NCBI GenBank assembly: GCA_963669175.1
Contig: OY769902.1
Coordinates: 1,568,001 to 1,632,000, forward strand
Direction: 5' to 3'
Length of the DNA stretch: 64,000 nucleotides
DNA from: a bacterium
GTDB taxonomy: Bacteria > Electryoneota > Electryoneia > Electryoneales > Electryoneaceae
Both the position numbers and the translations under genes were made by a program. Below are positions 18,627 through 29,769 of the stretch, piece by piece. A model generated the notes under the pieces. That model did no database searches. It had not been told where the DNA came from and was given only the letters and a program-made list of their open reading frames with translations. Numbering within the stretch: position 1 is the first letter of the stretch; each line of letters opens with the position of its first letter.

Positions 18627-21600
18627 TCACTGTCCGGTATTCTTATCTTGTTTGTCCTGGGTGTCCATGGCGTGGATATCCAGGATTTTCATACCTTCCG
18701 CGTAGTCGATTTCTTTCAGTGATCGAATACGCAGCAGTTTATCCACCAGGTCGGACATGCGCTTGATATGGCGGGTAACCCGGTTATAGTGTTCCTCAAC
18801 CTGCTCTTCGGGAACAATGCCCATTCTCAGCAGGTCGGTACATCCCTTGATAACGGCCAGGGGGTTGTTGAATTCGTGGGCGATGGTTGCTGCCAGTTGG
18901 GTGGCTGTTTCCAGTTGTTTGGTTTCGATCTCTGCCTGCATGGCACGTTGCTGGTTCGCCAGCGCTTCAGCGGTTTTCTCTTTGACAAGTTGTTGCAGGA
19001 GCTGTTTCTGACGCTCGATCCGGTACACCCGCCATCGATACACCAGAAAGAAGAAGCCGAGGATCAGGAAACCTGCAAGCGCCTTGAACCAGATTGTCTC
19101 ATAAAAATAGGGTGGAATGGTCAGCCGCAACGGGGACTGCATGGCCAGGCGATTTCCGAGGCTGTTTTCTACTTCGAGACTGAACGTGTAGGCGCCCGGG
19201 TCCAGGTTCTCATACGATGCCACGGTCCCGTTGCTACGCCATTTCTGAGCAGCATCAAAAGGTTCTAACCGCCAGAAATAGCGATGTTGGCTTTCGTTGA
19301 GGTAATCAGGGAAGGCCAGTTCAATCTGCAGGGCACGTTCGCCTTTGGGAAGGACCATATTTCCATCTACAGGCTGGTAACCGGTTTCGGTATGAACGCC
19401 AGCAATGAAGGGGGTAAGTTGTGTATACCCGGTTTGATAGAGCGAATCCGGATGAAAACGAATAATGCCATCCTCTTGAACTGCCAATATGTACCCATTC
19501 TCAAGCATTTCCAGCCTGTCAACACGGTTATCGAGGAAGCCATTATCCTCGTCCAGGAGCATATTCAGCGAATCAGATTGGATGTACAAGCCCTGCGAAG
19601 TTGCGATGAATACACGTCCCGGTCGATCTTCGAGCCAATCCAGGATTACCGTATTGGGTGACAGGGAGGTTTCAATACGGGTGACACTGTTCTCGGATAC
19701 TCGCACTGCCATGTTATTGGAATAAAAAACCAGATCATCCCACGGTGTCCGGTATACGGATTCGTAGCGTACATGCGGGATTCCGTCCTTCGCATCGAAA
19801 ACGCGAATGGAGTCGCCCTTCAGCCGGACAATGCCGCTGGCAAATGTGCCGAACCAGTATGCCGAATCCGGTCCAATTGTACAATTCAGCGCAGTGAAGC
19901 CATTAGAAAACAGGTTCTTGGGATAAACATGAATGTTCTCCCAGTTCCGTTTTGAAAAATCACTGGCATAGCGGTAAATGTGACCGAGAAAATGCCAGGC
20001 ATGCCCGTCTTTCAGTTTTGCCGGTCCATTCCATGTTCCGACCCAAAGGCTGCCATCGGGATCAGGAAAAAGAAATGTAGAATGCTGAAACTGATTCCAC
20101 GTATTGGTAAGAGTTCTACCATTCCAGGTAAAGACCGAATCATTGGCAATAAAACTCAATAACCCATCCTGACCAGCAACAGCGTAATGATGGTTGGCGC
20201 CATGTCTGATGTTTTTCTTCAGAGTCTGTAGCTGACCGGAATTGTGATGATAAAGATACATCCCCAATTCAGTCAGGATCAGAATATTGCCGTTGGCATC
20301 AACAGCCCAATCCCAAGTCAGGTCAGGCATACGTGAAGGTGAGAGTACTGTGGTGAATTCTTCGCCATCCATTTCGACAATACCGTTCGGCCCCGCCAGC
20401 CAGGTTGTTCCATCGTTGAATCGGAACACCTTTTTTACTGATTGCAGTTCAGGATGTGTGGAACCGGAGTAAAGGAACATCTCATCGGAAACCAGCTTTG
20501 CAAGGTTGCTGTTTTCCCAACTCAGCCACAGTGTACCCTGGTGATCTGTCAGGAAGAAAGTTGGCTGCTCATCGTGTTGGCTTACCATGCCGGGTTTCAG
20601 TAGCCGTTTTTGTCGGTCATGCATGATAAGCAGAGCAGATGGATAGGAGGCGTAAATGTTATAGTGGTCAAAATAGATGTCGGGCTTTTGAGATTCTTGT
20701 ACTGGTAATGAAATGTCGTGTTGGACAAACTGCTGATCATCCCAATAGAACAGTTCCCCATTTCGCGCAGCCCATAAAGTGCCGGAGCTATCAAGATGGA
20801 TATTACTGGCGATCCAGTCTTCCGGCTTTCCTGCTGGCCTATGATGATGAAACGCCTGTCGGTACCCTTCAAGCAGTATTGTGCTATCCGAAATGGCACG
20901 CACCTGGTCCACGCTTTCAATATCCGGATGCGCTTCCAGAAAAGCCTTTTCGCCCTTCGCTTCATATTCGCGGGAAAGCTCTTCCGATTGCAGCCGTGTC
21001 AATTCAACAAACTTCTCGATATCTACGCTGTACAACCCCTTTGGGGACATGGCTATCCAGAGGGTATTGGATCCTGCAACATAGGCAATGTGGTTTGCGA
21101 GGTCAGGAGTCAAAGGTGTAGGATCAACAGAGCGAATTGGAACCAGGTATTCACCACGATTTCGGAATAAACTGGCGCCATGATCATGTGCCAGAATCAT
21201 TCCGTCAGGAGTGAATTCTATGTCCCTGGCCGGGGAACCGATACGTTCTGGGAACGCGGCAATTGAGAAATTTACCGGATCAAGAATACTCAGGCCTCTG
21301 AATGTGCCGATATACAGTTTGTGATCCGGACCTTCCTTCACGAAGTAGGTGTAATTATCCAGTAGTCCATCATCGATGGAGAACTGACGGAATCGTGTGC
21401 CATCATAACTCATGATCCCATTCTCGCCCCAGAACCACAGCACACCACGACTGTCCTGCATGCTGCCCCATATCATTCCGGACAGCATGTTGGGGTCATC
21501 GTAATATCTGAACGGGTATTCATGGGAACAGGCTGTGGGCGGGAACAGACCTGAATGGAAAAAGATTACCAGGAAAATCAGTACATATACAGGTAATAGC

Positions 21601-21674
21601 AGGCGTTTCTTCTTATCGCCTGTTTGACCGAAGCGGCGGCTGTAGCTATGCAGATTTGATGCTATTGTTACCAT
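18627..21674 (-). CDS. Two-component regulator propeller/Y_Y_Y sensor protein with HisKA domain but no HATPase domain
   Basis: Propeller repeats (QDSRGVLWF, SIDDGL), YENLDPGAYTF, PPYFYETIWF, TM helix, AHEFNNPL; protein ends about 80 aa after the His. Confidence 0.85.
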   Translation of the reverse strand: MVTIASNLHSYSRRFGQTGDKKKRLLLPVYVLIFLVIFFHSGLFPPTACSHEYPFRYYDDPNMLSGMIWGSMQDSRGVLWFWGENGIMSYDGTRFRQFSIDDGLLDNYTYFVKEGPDHKLYIGTFRGLSILDPVNFSIAAFPERIGSPARDIEFTPDGMILAHDHGASLFRNRGEYLVPIRSVDPTPLTPDLANHIAYVAGSNTLWIAMSPKGLYSVDIEKFVELTRLQSEELSREYEAKGEKAFLEAHPDIESVDQVRAISDSTILLEGYRQAFHHHRPAGKPEDWIASNIHLDSSGTLWAARNGELFYWDDQQFVQHDISLPVQESQKPDIYFDHYNIYASYPSALLIMHDRQKRLLKPGMVSQHDEQPTFFLTDHQGTLWLSWENSNLAKLVSDEMFLYSGSTHPELQSVKKVFRFNDGTTWLAGPNGIVEMDGEEFTTVLSPSRMPDLTWDWAVDANGNILILTELGMYLYHHNSGQLQTLKKNIRHGANHHYAVAGQDGLLSFIANDSVFTWNGRTLTNTWNQFQHSTFLFPDPDGSLWVGTWNGPAKLKDGHAWHFLGHIYRYASDFSKRNWENIHVYPKNLFSNGFTALNCTIGPDSAYWFGTFASGIVRLKGDSIRVFDAKDGIPHVRYESVYRTPWDDLVFYSNNMAVRVSENSVTRIETSLSPNTVILDWLEDRPGRVFIATSQGLYIQSDSLNMLLDEDNGFLDNRVDRLEMLENGYILAVQEDGIIRFHPDSLYQTGYTQLTPFIAGVHTETGYQPVDGNMVLPKGERALQIELAFPDYLNESQHRYFWRLEPFDAAQKWRSNGTVASYENLDPGAYTFSLEVENSLGNRLAMQSPLRLTIPPYFYETIWFKALAGFLILGFFFLVYRWRVYRIERQKQLLQQLVKEKTAEALANQQRAMQAEIETKQLETATQLAATIAHEFNNPLAVIKGCTDLLRMGIVPEEQVEEHYNRVTRHIKRMSDLVDKLLRIRSLKEIDYAEGMKILDIHAMDTQDKQDKNTGQ

Positions 21675-21847
21675 AGCTGGAATATATGCGTTCGAGAAGT
21701 ACGTGGTCCAGATGTATCAATGGTTTTGCTGAAGGAGAGTTTGTTTCTTCAACTCTTTCATTGCCAATTCTGGATTAGTCATCTATTTTGTTTGAGGTTA
21801 TTTGCATTTTGAGAGAAATTGCGATGGGACAACCGGGAGGAATCGGG

Positions 21848-22744
21848 ATGACGGACAGTCAGGCAAAACCGCAGATTTTCAAGACTGCAAAAGGCGATGT
21901 CGAGTGCCTGGTTACAGGAGGCGATGGTCCAGCCATACTGGCATTACACGGTGGTATGGGAGGCTGGGATCAGGCCATTATGATGATGTCATGGATGGAT
22001 CTGGATTCTTACAAGTTCATCTGTCCTTCTCGTCCCGGATACCTGGGGACGCCAATTGAGAGTGGTCCCTCATTTGAAGACCAGGCTGATCTATTGGCTG
22101 CCATGCTGGATACATTGGGGATAGACAAGGTCGCGGCGGTTGGCGTATCTGCTGGTGGTCCACCGGCATATACGTTTGCAATCAGGCATCCGGACCGTGT
22201 CTGGGGATTGGTGACGATTGATGCCGTAAGTGGCTATTATGACATCCCTGAAACGGCCGGCGCGATTACCAAAGCAATTTTTCTCAGTGACTTCGGCCAG
22301 AAAATTCTAAAGAAAGTCGAAGAAAAACGGCCTGATATGTACCTCAAACAACTGTACCAGGCAGAAGGTTATTATACCAAAGAACAGATGCAAAAGCTTA
22401 TTGATCATGTGCTGAACACACCATCAAAAATGAAGTTTGCGGTTGGGTTCATGGAGACCATGTTCCCCTGGAAAGACCGCGAGGTCGGTACCTACAACGA
22501 TATCGAGTACACGAAGAAACTTACTCACATTGAGGTTGAGAAAATCACATGCCCGTCGTTGATTGTTCACGGTACGCATGATGCTGATGTGAAGTTCTAT
22601 GATGGAGTGTATGCCTACGAGCATATTCCGGGGGCGGAGCGTTATTGGATGGAGCAGGGGTTCCACCTTGGTTTCTGGTTGAATCCAGGTGCGGAAGAGG
22701 CCCAGGCTGCGGTACTCAGCTTCCTGAAACGTCATCAGCCTTGA
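21848..22744 (+). CDS. Alpha/beta hydrolase
   Basis: LHGGMGG, SRPGYLG, nucleophile GVSAGG, HGTHD; RBS ggagg before ATG 21848. Confidence 0.9.
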   Translation: MTDSQAKPQIFKTAKGDVECLVTGGDGPAILALHGGMGGWDQAIMMMSWMDLDSYKFICPSRPGYLGTPIESGPSFEDQADLLAAMLDTLGIDKVAAVGVSAGGPPAYTFAIRHPDRVWGLVTIDAVSGYYDIPETAGAITKAIFLSDFGQKILKKVEEKRPDMYLKQLYQAEGYYTKEQMQKLIDHVLNTPSKMKFAVGFMETMFPWKDREVGTYNDIEYTKKLTHIEVEKITCPSLIVHGTHDADVKFYDGVYAYEHIPGAERYWMEQGFHLGFWLNPGAEEAQAAVLSFLKRHQP

Positions 22745-22812
22745 GGGGGCACGCAGTATTTACTGGATGAACAGGATAAAAAGGATATCAAGGATAAAAG
22801 CATTATCGTAAG

Positions 22813-22858
22813 TGAAAAACAGGGACTGACCCATCGTGGTCTGTCCCTGTTTTTCGTT
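22813..22858. terminator. Probable bidirectional terminator between convergent genes
   Basis: gaaaaacagggac...gtccctgtttttc hairpin with A and T flanks. Confidence 0.65.
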
Positions 22859-23047
22859 TGAGACGGTTACGAATATATAATTGAGGATGTTTCTGTCTTT
22901 TTTTGCTGATACACTATCCTTCTTGAAAAGAGTATTACTGCCTTTTGTGAGTCAACAATCAGTCTTCTATTCGATAACAACACCTACCATGCCATCCCCG
23001 GCTTGACCGGTCCACTGGCGCCATCTCCAGCAATGCAAAACCCATTC

Positions 23048-26000
23048 TCACTTCAACAGAACAGCCTTGCGTGAAGCCCTGAAGCCATCCGCTTCCAATC
23101 GGATGAAGTAGATTCCGGACGCCAGGCTGCTGCCATCCCATTGCAGTACATGCTGTCCGGCTGTGAAGCGCTGATTTGCCAGCTCAGTTACTTCACGTCC
23201 CAGCATATCATACACCGTAAGTGTAACCATTCCCGAATGTGCTACAGAAAAATGTACCTGGGTGATCGGGTTGAAGGGGTTCGGATAGGGGGAATCAAGG
23301 CGCCATTCTCCTGGAAGCGTACCGACTTGTTCGTCCAAATCGTTCTGGATGAAATCGTCCAACCGTTGCGCGAACAGGTCTTCATGGTTATAAACAAAGG
23401 GGTTTCTCATGGTGCTCCAGCATACAACACAACCATTGTTCGTAAGCACCGTAGAATTCAGGATCGGTTCAGTGGGCTGGCTGCTTGCCAGGCTCAGGCC
23501 GAGATCATAAGGATAAGTATCATCAATCGGGCTTCCCGTGTGGTCAAGGTGGGTATAACGTACCTGGTACCTGAGGGCGTAACTCCATTCCACCCATTCC
23601 ACCCACACACCTTCAAAGCCGTCATAGTTGATCCGTACATCCTGCATGCTGCGGAAACCCGTTGTGATCGGTATCCCGTTTTCTTCCTGGAAGCATGGTG
23701 TGCCATCCCAGGTAAAACGCTGCAAACGTAACCTGGACAGGCCATTCTGCATCTCATGCCAGACGATATAGTAGCCTTCCATGCTGTCTGTAGAACTGGT
23801 ACAGACTGCATAGTGATCCAGGCTGATGTGGGAGTCGATCAGTGTCTGGGGTTGGTTGTTACGCAGTGTGCCATCAGCATATACCAGGCCGCCACGAATA
23901 CCGATTGAGCTGGTCCAGTCCGGGCCATAACGATTGTCCCATTTTACCTGCACAGCATTCTCAAAGGGTACAGTTTGAATATCGATCTGGTTTTCTTCGC
24001 TGTCATCAAGCAAAATGGGTTGGTTGAGAACAAGTTCACCGTCCGCAGTGATTACATGACAATAGAGGTCGTAACAGTCATCGGGATCTTGAGCGGATCG
24101 TACTACTATCAGGATATTACCGTTGGCAAACTTCTCAAGGGCGGCTATCTCATTGAATGGGTAATTGCTTTCAAGGCGCAGGCCACTCTCGCCATGTTGC
24201 AGCCAGTTATTGTCGCCGAAAGCAGTATAATACTTCAACCGAACGGTGTATTCGCCTTCGTCAGTTGTGTCCGTATAGGCTACAACCATCCCGCCAGACT
24301 GGTCCGGCAGGATACGTGCGTAATTACTGCCCGCGACCTGTCTTGATACAGGAACAAAATCGGGAAGGGGCAAACCGTTGTCACCCCACAAAGTTTCCAG
24401 GTCGGGAGTAACTTTTTGCAGGTTGAGTTGCGCGGGATCATCTTCGGAGTATGAAGCCAGGTACAGGTTGCCCACTTCGTCTGCAATGGTGTGCATGAGC
24501 AGTTCATAGGTATAAGCGTTTTCAGGTTGATCGGGACCGTGAAATACAGCGATGGGGTCTGGATGGCCAAGCGGAGAACCATCTTCAATAGCGAGCTGCT
24601 GTGCATATGCCCGGGTATATCCATCACGCTGGTCCTCCCATGCTATCCATACGGCATCCCGGGGTTCACATGGTTGCACGATAGCCGTATTGGTGATACC
24701 ACAAAAGAAGCCTTCGGCAAAATTCAGGTTATCTGCCTGGATGAGAATAGTGCCATTATCGATGTTGACAGAGTAACGGTCAAAATATCGCCAGGTGTCA
24801 TCCGGGCCGCACCAGCGCTTTGATATGAAGGAAAAAACGCCATCGCTGAGGCAATGCTTGAAAGGTTTACAGAAAGGACGGTCTCCCAGATCAATGGATA
24901 CCAGCGGTGAACTTATGCCATTACCATGCACATGGAGAATGCCCATTTGCGAAATGGGGTAAAGGTAATGGAATGAGAAATCATGGAAACAGAGTATCGC
25001 TCCGTCATTGTCGTCGCTGGTGAATGAAATCAGTTCACCGTAGTCAGTATCCATTTCCATCCCTGCATCGGGCCAACTGAATACGGGCCCATCTTCAGTA
25101 TCCACTAGTTTTTGAAGGTATAAACCCTGGCCTGCAGTGTAGCTGAAAAGGATAGAACCGTTATCAGACTGAACGGCGTTTAACTCTAAGAAAACATTGA
25201 TGTTTGATAGCTCTTCCGGTATGTAGGTGATTTCATCTGTATCCCAACAAAGATTCCCCTGCAGGTCGACTTTCTGGGCAGTCAAATGGGGACAGGGAAG
25301 GGATTCGTGGCGAAGAAGGAAAATCAGCTCACCATCCGAGTTTGTTGCAACAGCAAAGGAGCCCTGCACAACCGACGGAGATACCGTAAGCCCTTCTTCC
25401 AGTTCATCGCCTGCCGCCCAAAGCAGTTCACCTTCCGGGGTGATACGTTGAGTATGTACTTCGGAAGTATGATAAACCTCTTTCCATACCAGCAGCATTC
25501 CGCCATCTGGCGCCGGGAAGACAATAAGTGTTTCACGTTCAGGCGATGGCCAATACGTGGTTGCACCGGAAGCAAGCACGATACCGCCATCTTCCCAAAG
25601 GAACGTGCCATCAGCGGAAACATGCTGTCCCCAGATTTCACCCTCTCCATATTTGTGCCACAATACGTAAACCCCATTATCCGGAGCCGGAAAAAGGGTC
25701 GGGCAGGCGACAGGAATCGTAGTGTCGGCAATGACCAGACCGTTTTCATCCCATTGGGGTTCGCCTTCATTATTCAGTTTCTGAATTGTAATTCCATTGA
25801 TGAAATATAACCGGTCCTGTTCCATGTCAGTTAATTCTGACCAGGCAAGCAGCCAGTCGCCGGTTTCTGTCGCCAACAGGCGTGGATGTGACTGATTCCC
25901 ATCCAGCTCAAAGCTGACTGGTGCTTCTCCCCACAAGGGTTCTCCGGTCGCATCGTAAGCCTGGCAGAACAGGTCCATACCATGTAAGAAGCTCTCCGTC

Positions 26001-26170
26001 CAGGCAATGACATGTGTGTCTTCAAAGGTGGCGATGTCTGAGGTGAGGAGATAGGAACCGGCAGAAACCGGTAGGCCTTCTTCAGGCTCCCATTGGCAGT
26101 AGTTCTGGGCTAGCAGTGGAGAGCCAACCGATAGACAGGCAAGCAAAAGCAGAGATAGCGCTTTTCGCAT
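23048..26170 (-). CDS. Large secreted beta-repeat protein with T9SS type A-like CTD (paralogue 1)
   Basis: Signal peptide MRKALSL; QNY..WEP..G.PV; repeated QK.D..G...W..G motifs; YPNPFN CTD. Confidence 0.85.
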   Translation of the reverse strand: MRKALSLLLLACLSVGSPLLAQNYCQWEPEEGLPVSAGSYLLTSDIATFEDTHVIAWTESFLHGMDLFCQAYDATGEPLWGEAPVSFELDGNQSHPRLLATETGDWLLAWSELTDMEQDRLYFINGITIQKLNNEGEPQWDENGLVIADTTIPVACPTLFPAPDNGVYVLWHKYGEGEIWGQHVSADGTFLWEDGGIVLASGATTYWPSPERETLIVFPAPDGGMLLVWKEVYHTSEVHTQRITPEGELLWAAGDELEEGLTVSPSVVQGSFAVATNSDGELIFLLRHESLPCPHLTAQKVDLQGNLCWDTDEITYIPEELSNINVFLELNAVQSDNGSILFSYTAGQGLYLQKLVDTEDGPVFSWPDAGMEMDTDYGELISFTSDDNDGAILCFHDFSFHYLYPISQMGILHVHGNGISSPLVSIDLGDRPFCKPFKHCLSDGVFSFISKRWCGPDDTWRYFDRYSVNIDNGTILIQADNLNFAEGFFCGITNTAIVQPCEPRDAVWIAWEDQRDGYTRAYAQQLAIEDGSPLGHPDPIAVFHGPDQPENAYTYELLMHTIADEVGNLYLASYSEDDPAQLNLQKVTPDLETLWGDNGLPLPDFVPVSRQVAGSNYARILPDQSGGMVVAYTDTTDEGEYTVRLKYYTAFGDNNWLQHGESGLRLESNYPFNEIAALEKFANGNILIVVRSAQDPDDCYDLYCHVITADGELVLNQPILLDDSEENQIDIQTVPFENAVQVKWDNRYGPDWTSSIGIRGGLVYADGTLRNNQPQTLIDSHISLDHYAVCTSSTDSMEGYYIVWHEMQNGLSRLRLQRFTWDGTPCFQEENGIPITTGFRSMQDVRINYDGFEGVWVEWVEWSYALRYQVRYTHLDHTGSPIDDTYPYDLGLSLASSQPTEPILNSTVLTNNGCVVCWSTMRNPFVYNHEDLFAQRLDDFIQNDLDEQVGTLPGEWRLDSPYPNPFNPITQVHFSVAHSGMVTLTVYDMLGREVTELANQRFTAGQHVLQWDGSSLASGIYFIRLEADGFRASRKAVLLK

Positions 26171-26226
26171 ATGACACCCCCCGATCAGGTTGGAACAGCA
26201 TATGGATGATCGATCCACTAATAATC

Positions 26227-26268
26227 AGTATAGTAACATTTTCTGGAACTTCTGTGAGAAATGTCACA
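26227..26268 (-). promoter_or_regulatory. CRP/FNR-type box TGTGA-N6-TCACA with a TATACT -10 element
   Basis: Perfect TGTGAgaaatgTCACA at 26253-26268; TATACT on the minus strand at 26232-26227. Confidence 0.6.
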
Positions 26269-26313
26269 TGTGTAACATATTTGTATAAAACCAGATATCC
26301 TCTTATAAGTATT

Positions 26314-26348
26314 AAAAAAGGGGGCTGACTCAAGCGTTCAGCCCCCCG
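26314..26348 (-). terminator. Rho-independent terminator
   Basis: aaaaaa-gggggctga...tcagccccc downstream of the 26384 stop. Confidence 0.75.
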
Positions 26349-26383
26349 TACCAATTGGATCAAAGATATATGGGAATGGAACT

Positions 26384-29300
26384 CTATTTCATCAGGATCG
26401 CTTTCTGAGTCGCAGAGAACTCACCTGCCTTCAATTGGACAAAATACATCCCGGACGCCAGTGAACTGCCATTCCAGGTGACCTGGTGCTTTCCGGCTGC
26501 CAAGGGACGATTCACCAATTCCGTGACCTGCCGTCCCAGGATATCGAACACTGTCAGCGTTACATGTTGACTGGACGGAACAGTAAATCGTACACGTGTT
26601 GATGGGTTAAACGGGTTGGGATACACCGGATCAAGTGAATATGCCAGCGGAATCGCCGACTCTCCGAAATCAGTCACACCCGTCAGGTTATCGAAAGCTC
26701 TTTGCGTGTATACGTCGTCATATCCATAGTTTCCGACACTCTGGTTCAACCATGTGGCTACCAGGCCTCCTTCACAGTCGAGGACATAACAGGGATCATG
26801 CACATAAGGTTGGGTGTTCGATGACAGCAGCAGACCATCCGTGTTCTCGTAGAATTCGTTAAACGGTGTGCCTTCTGCGTCGAAGTGCCGATACCTGACT
26901 GAAGCCAACTCGGTAGCGGGGTCATGCCCGGCCCAGGCCGCCCAGAAATCACCCGTTGGCGCTGCCATTAGCTTCATCCAATAGTCGCCGTAAGTAGTTC
27001 CCAGCGCGACAGCATCGTCGAATACGGGTTCACCCTCGGTTGAAAATCCCTGGAGATAGTGATCGTGTCCCAGGCCGTAGGAGAGCCAGAAAAGTGCGTC
27101 TTCGCGCTGCGAAGGAATAATCGAAAGGAATTCCCCCAGGTAATTATCCAGCAGCACACGACCAGAATCAGACTCGGTCCACGCAACAGTTCCATCAGAA
27201 TGGAGTATCTGTCCGGCAATGCAATAGTGGTCAGGGTTAAAACGAAAGTTCCATACTACGGCGATGTCGTCACCAACCGTACAGGCAGTAACAAAATTAG
27301 GATTCATATTCAGGACACTGTGGATCAGGGGTGTTTCCCAGAGGACTTCACCCTCGGGGCTGATTCCGGTTGCCATGACAGCCATGGACTCATCGTTATA
27401 ACCGTATACATTGGCAATACATACAACGGTAGAATCGGGAAACTCCAACAAGTCTGTGATCATGTAATCCAGGTAATCCTGACCGAAATCGACCCACGCC
27501 AAATGTCGTCACTCCAGTACGGATCTCCTTCCGGGGTCAGGCGTTGCAGGAAATGGTGGTTCGTATTTCTGTTGGGAGGCTGTAATTTTGTATACGCGAT
27601 GTACACACCCTGGTCCGGTGAAAGAATCATATGCGGTGAGGACAGGTAGTACGGTTCAAGGTAAGCGTCCACACGAATGGGCTCTTCGCCCAGAAGAAGA
27701 TTCCCCTGCGGATCAATTTTCTGAATTCGAACACCCTCATCCTGGTGATACTGGTTCCAGCAGATATAACAATTGCCATCGTCATCTGACAGCATGGTCA
27801 GTCCGGTACAGACCGGTCCCTGGGCTAACGTGTCTTCAGGGAGAGTAGCTTCCAGGATTGACAGGCTGTCGAAGGCAAATTGTGAATCGCCGGTTTCAAG
27901 ATCCAATCGCTGGATGTAGGGAATCATCGTATTCTGGCTATAACGACCATCAATCCAGCCGATCCAGACAGCGCTATTGACCGGATCTTCTGCCAGAACA
28001 GGTTCACTGCAACTCCCATCAAGGTAGCTGTATAATACGCATGGGTCCGGTTGGATTTCTGATGGGCCCAGCTCCTTATCAACGCAGTAACTGATACAAC
28101 TTGCCTGTAAATCAGGTGAATGAACTTCTCTGAAAATGTTAATATTTGTCATACTGTTTGGCTGGACCTGAATACCGGGCTCGGTGTTGGTAAGGGTGAA
28201 GGGCAATGGCGAACCCGTCACTCCACCCCAGCAATATTCGGGATCAACAGATATATGCTGGCCAATCACAGAGACAATATCGCCTACCCCCGGATTGATA
28301 CTGTCTACGCTGAAGAATAGAAATACTCCTCCCTCGTCATCTGATACTGCTTTCTGGATTGAGGCGAAGTGAATCTCGTAAGCTCTCCTTACAACTCGGA
28401 GACCCAATCCTTCCAGATCTCTGTCAATCCAGTTCGTAACCAAAGCCCCATCTTCCGTGCTGATTCTTTGGGTGCCGATATGGTAGTGCTCGTCCAGATC
28501 CCAGTAATTGGTCACGAGAACCATGGAGCCGGGTGTGGAAACAACAGGGATAAAATCCAGCATGCTGTATTCATCGTTTGACCAACTCGTGAGGGTTGTC
28601 GCATCATCCAGCACCTCAGTGGCGCCTTGCGAATTGATATGCTGCACGGACAAACTGCTGGTAGAATTCATCGGATCAACGTACAACCAGGTCACGAAAA
28701 GACCGCCAGCGCTGTCAACCGCAGAGTGGAACACATCAAAATTCTCGGGAGAATCCAACTGAACCGGGCTGTCAAATCCTTCGCCCCAGTCCAGATCGCC
28801 TTCGGATGTTACATGCTGATACACCACATAATCCAAATCTGTCGTAGCGATATGATCCAGTGAGGTCACGGCCAGCAGACCTCCAGCGCCATCTGTAAAA
28901 ATCTCAGTCTGCCCGCAGTAATTCGGGTCGTTATACTGATAAATATCAAGCCCTTCATCACCCCACAGCAGGTTGCCTTCGATATCCACCTTTTGCGCGG
29001 ACAGGGTGCCGTCGGATTCATTGGTCCAAGCCAGGATCATGCTGTTGTCCGCACAGGGAAGCGGGGGGTAAATGGTTGACCACATCATTTCAGGTTGTAT
29101 CGCAATGCCTTCATCAGCAAAATACCTGGAATCCATATGAAACACCTGGGCACGAGCCTGTGTTTCAGTAGGATCCATAGCGTCTGAATAGCTTCGCCAC
29201 ACAAGCCATCAGTCATCCTGCTCCAATAATGCCAGCATGGGATCGCTCTGGTTCCCAGGCAAGTCCATAACCACCTCTTCCGCACTCATGCCCGTATCAT

Positions 29301-29538
29301 CCACATACTGGATGCAGATATCGTTGCCATCACTATCCGCAACTTCATAGGCAATCACTGTGAAGTCTGAAATGACAGGGTTTGGTTTTGAGATAACCCC
29401 CAGGCGAGGGAATACACCGACACGTAAAGGAATTCCGTCATCCGGCTCCCAGACACGATAGTCCTGGGCAAAAAGTGGGCAGGAAACGATGCCAATAAGC
29501 AGCAACGACACGATCAGGTGATGGTACGATACTTTCAT
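26384..29538 (-). pseudogene. Disrupted paralogue 2 of the secreted T9SS-like protein (in-frame TGA at 29211-29209 and frameshift near 27495)
   Basis: Three ORF pieces are collinear with the flanking paralogues. GAC TGA TGG CTT GTG TGG aligns to ETWWIVW; one base is missing in CGTGGG(G)TCGAT. Confidence 0.8.
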
Positions 29539-29625
29539 CGGTATTCCCCTTCTTAAGTCACCATGCCAGTAAACATCTTGTAGTGCGCTATGGAAAAGTC
29601 ACTCGTTCGCGTTCCTGTTGATATT

Positions 29626-29750
29626 GCTGTTCTCAATGCTGTTCAGTCATAATGAAATTTCCGGGAAAAGGGGACGGGATCCTTTTCCAACTGCTTATAA
29701 GGAACACTCTTGTTGAACTTGTGGAAAAGGAAACTGTACCCTTTTCCATA
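29626..29750 (+). repeat. Family A palindromic element, half copy
   Basis: ccgggaaaaggggacgggatccttttcc...ggaaaaggaaactgtacccttttccat. Confidence 0.8.
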
Positions 29751-29769
29751 TCGTCAATATTACATCCCT

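Noticed and set aside
29209-29211. Selenocysteine or TGA-recoding genetic code
   Set aside because: The paralogue has Trp, not Cys, at this position; many genes here end in TGA; and a second lesion in the same gene indicates decay.
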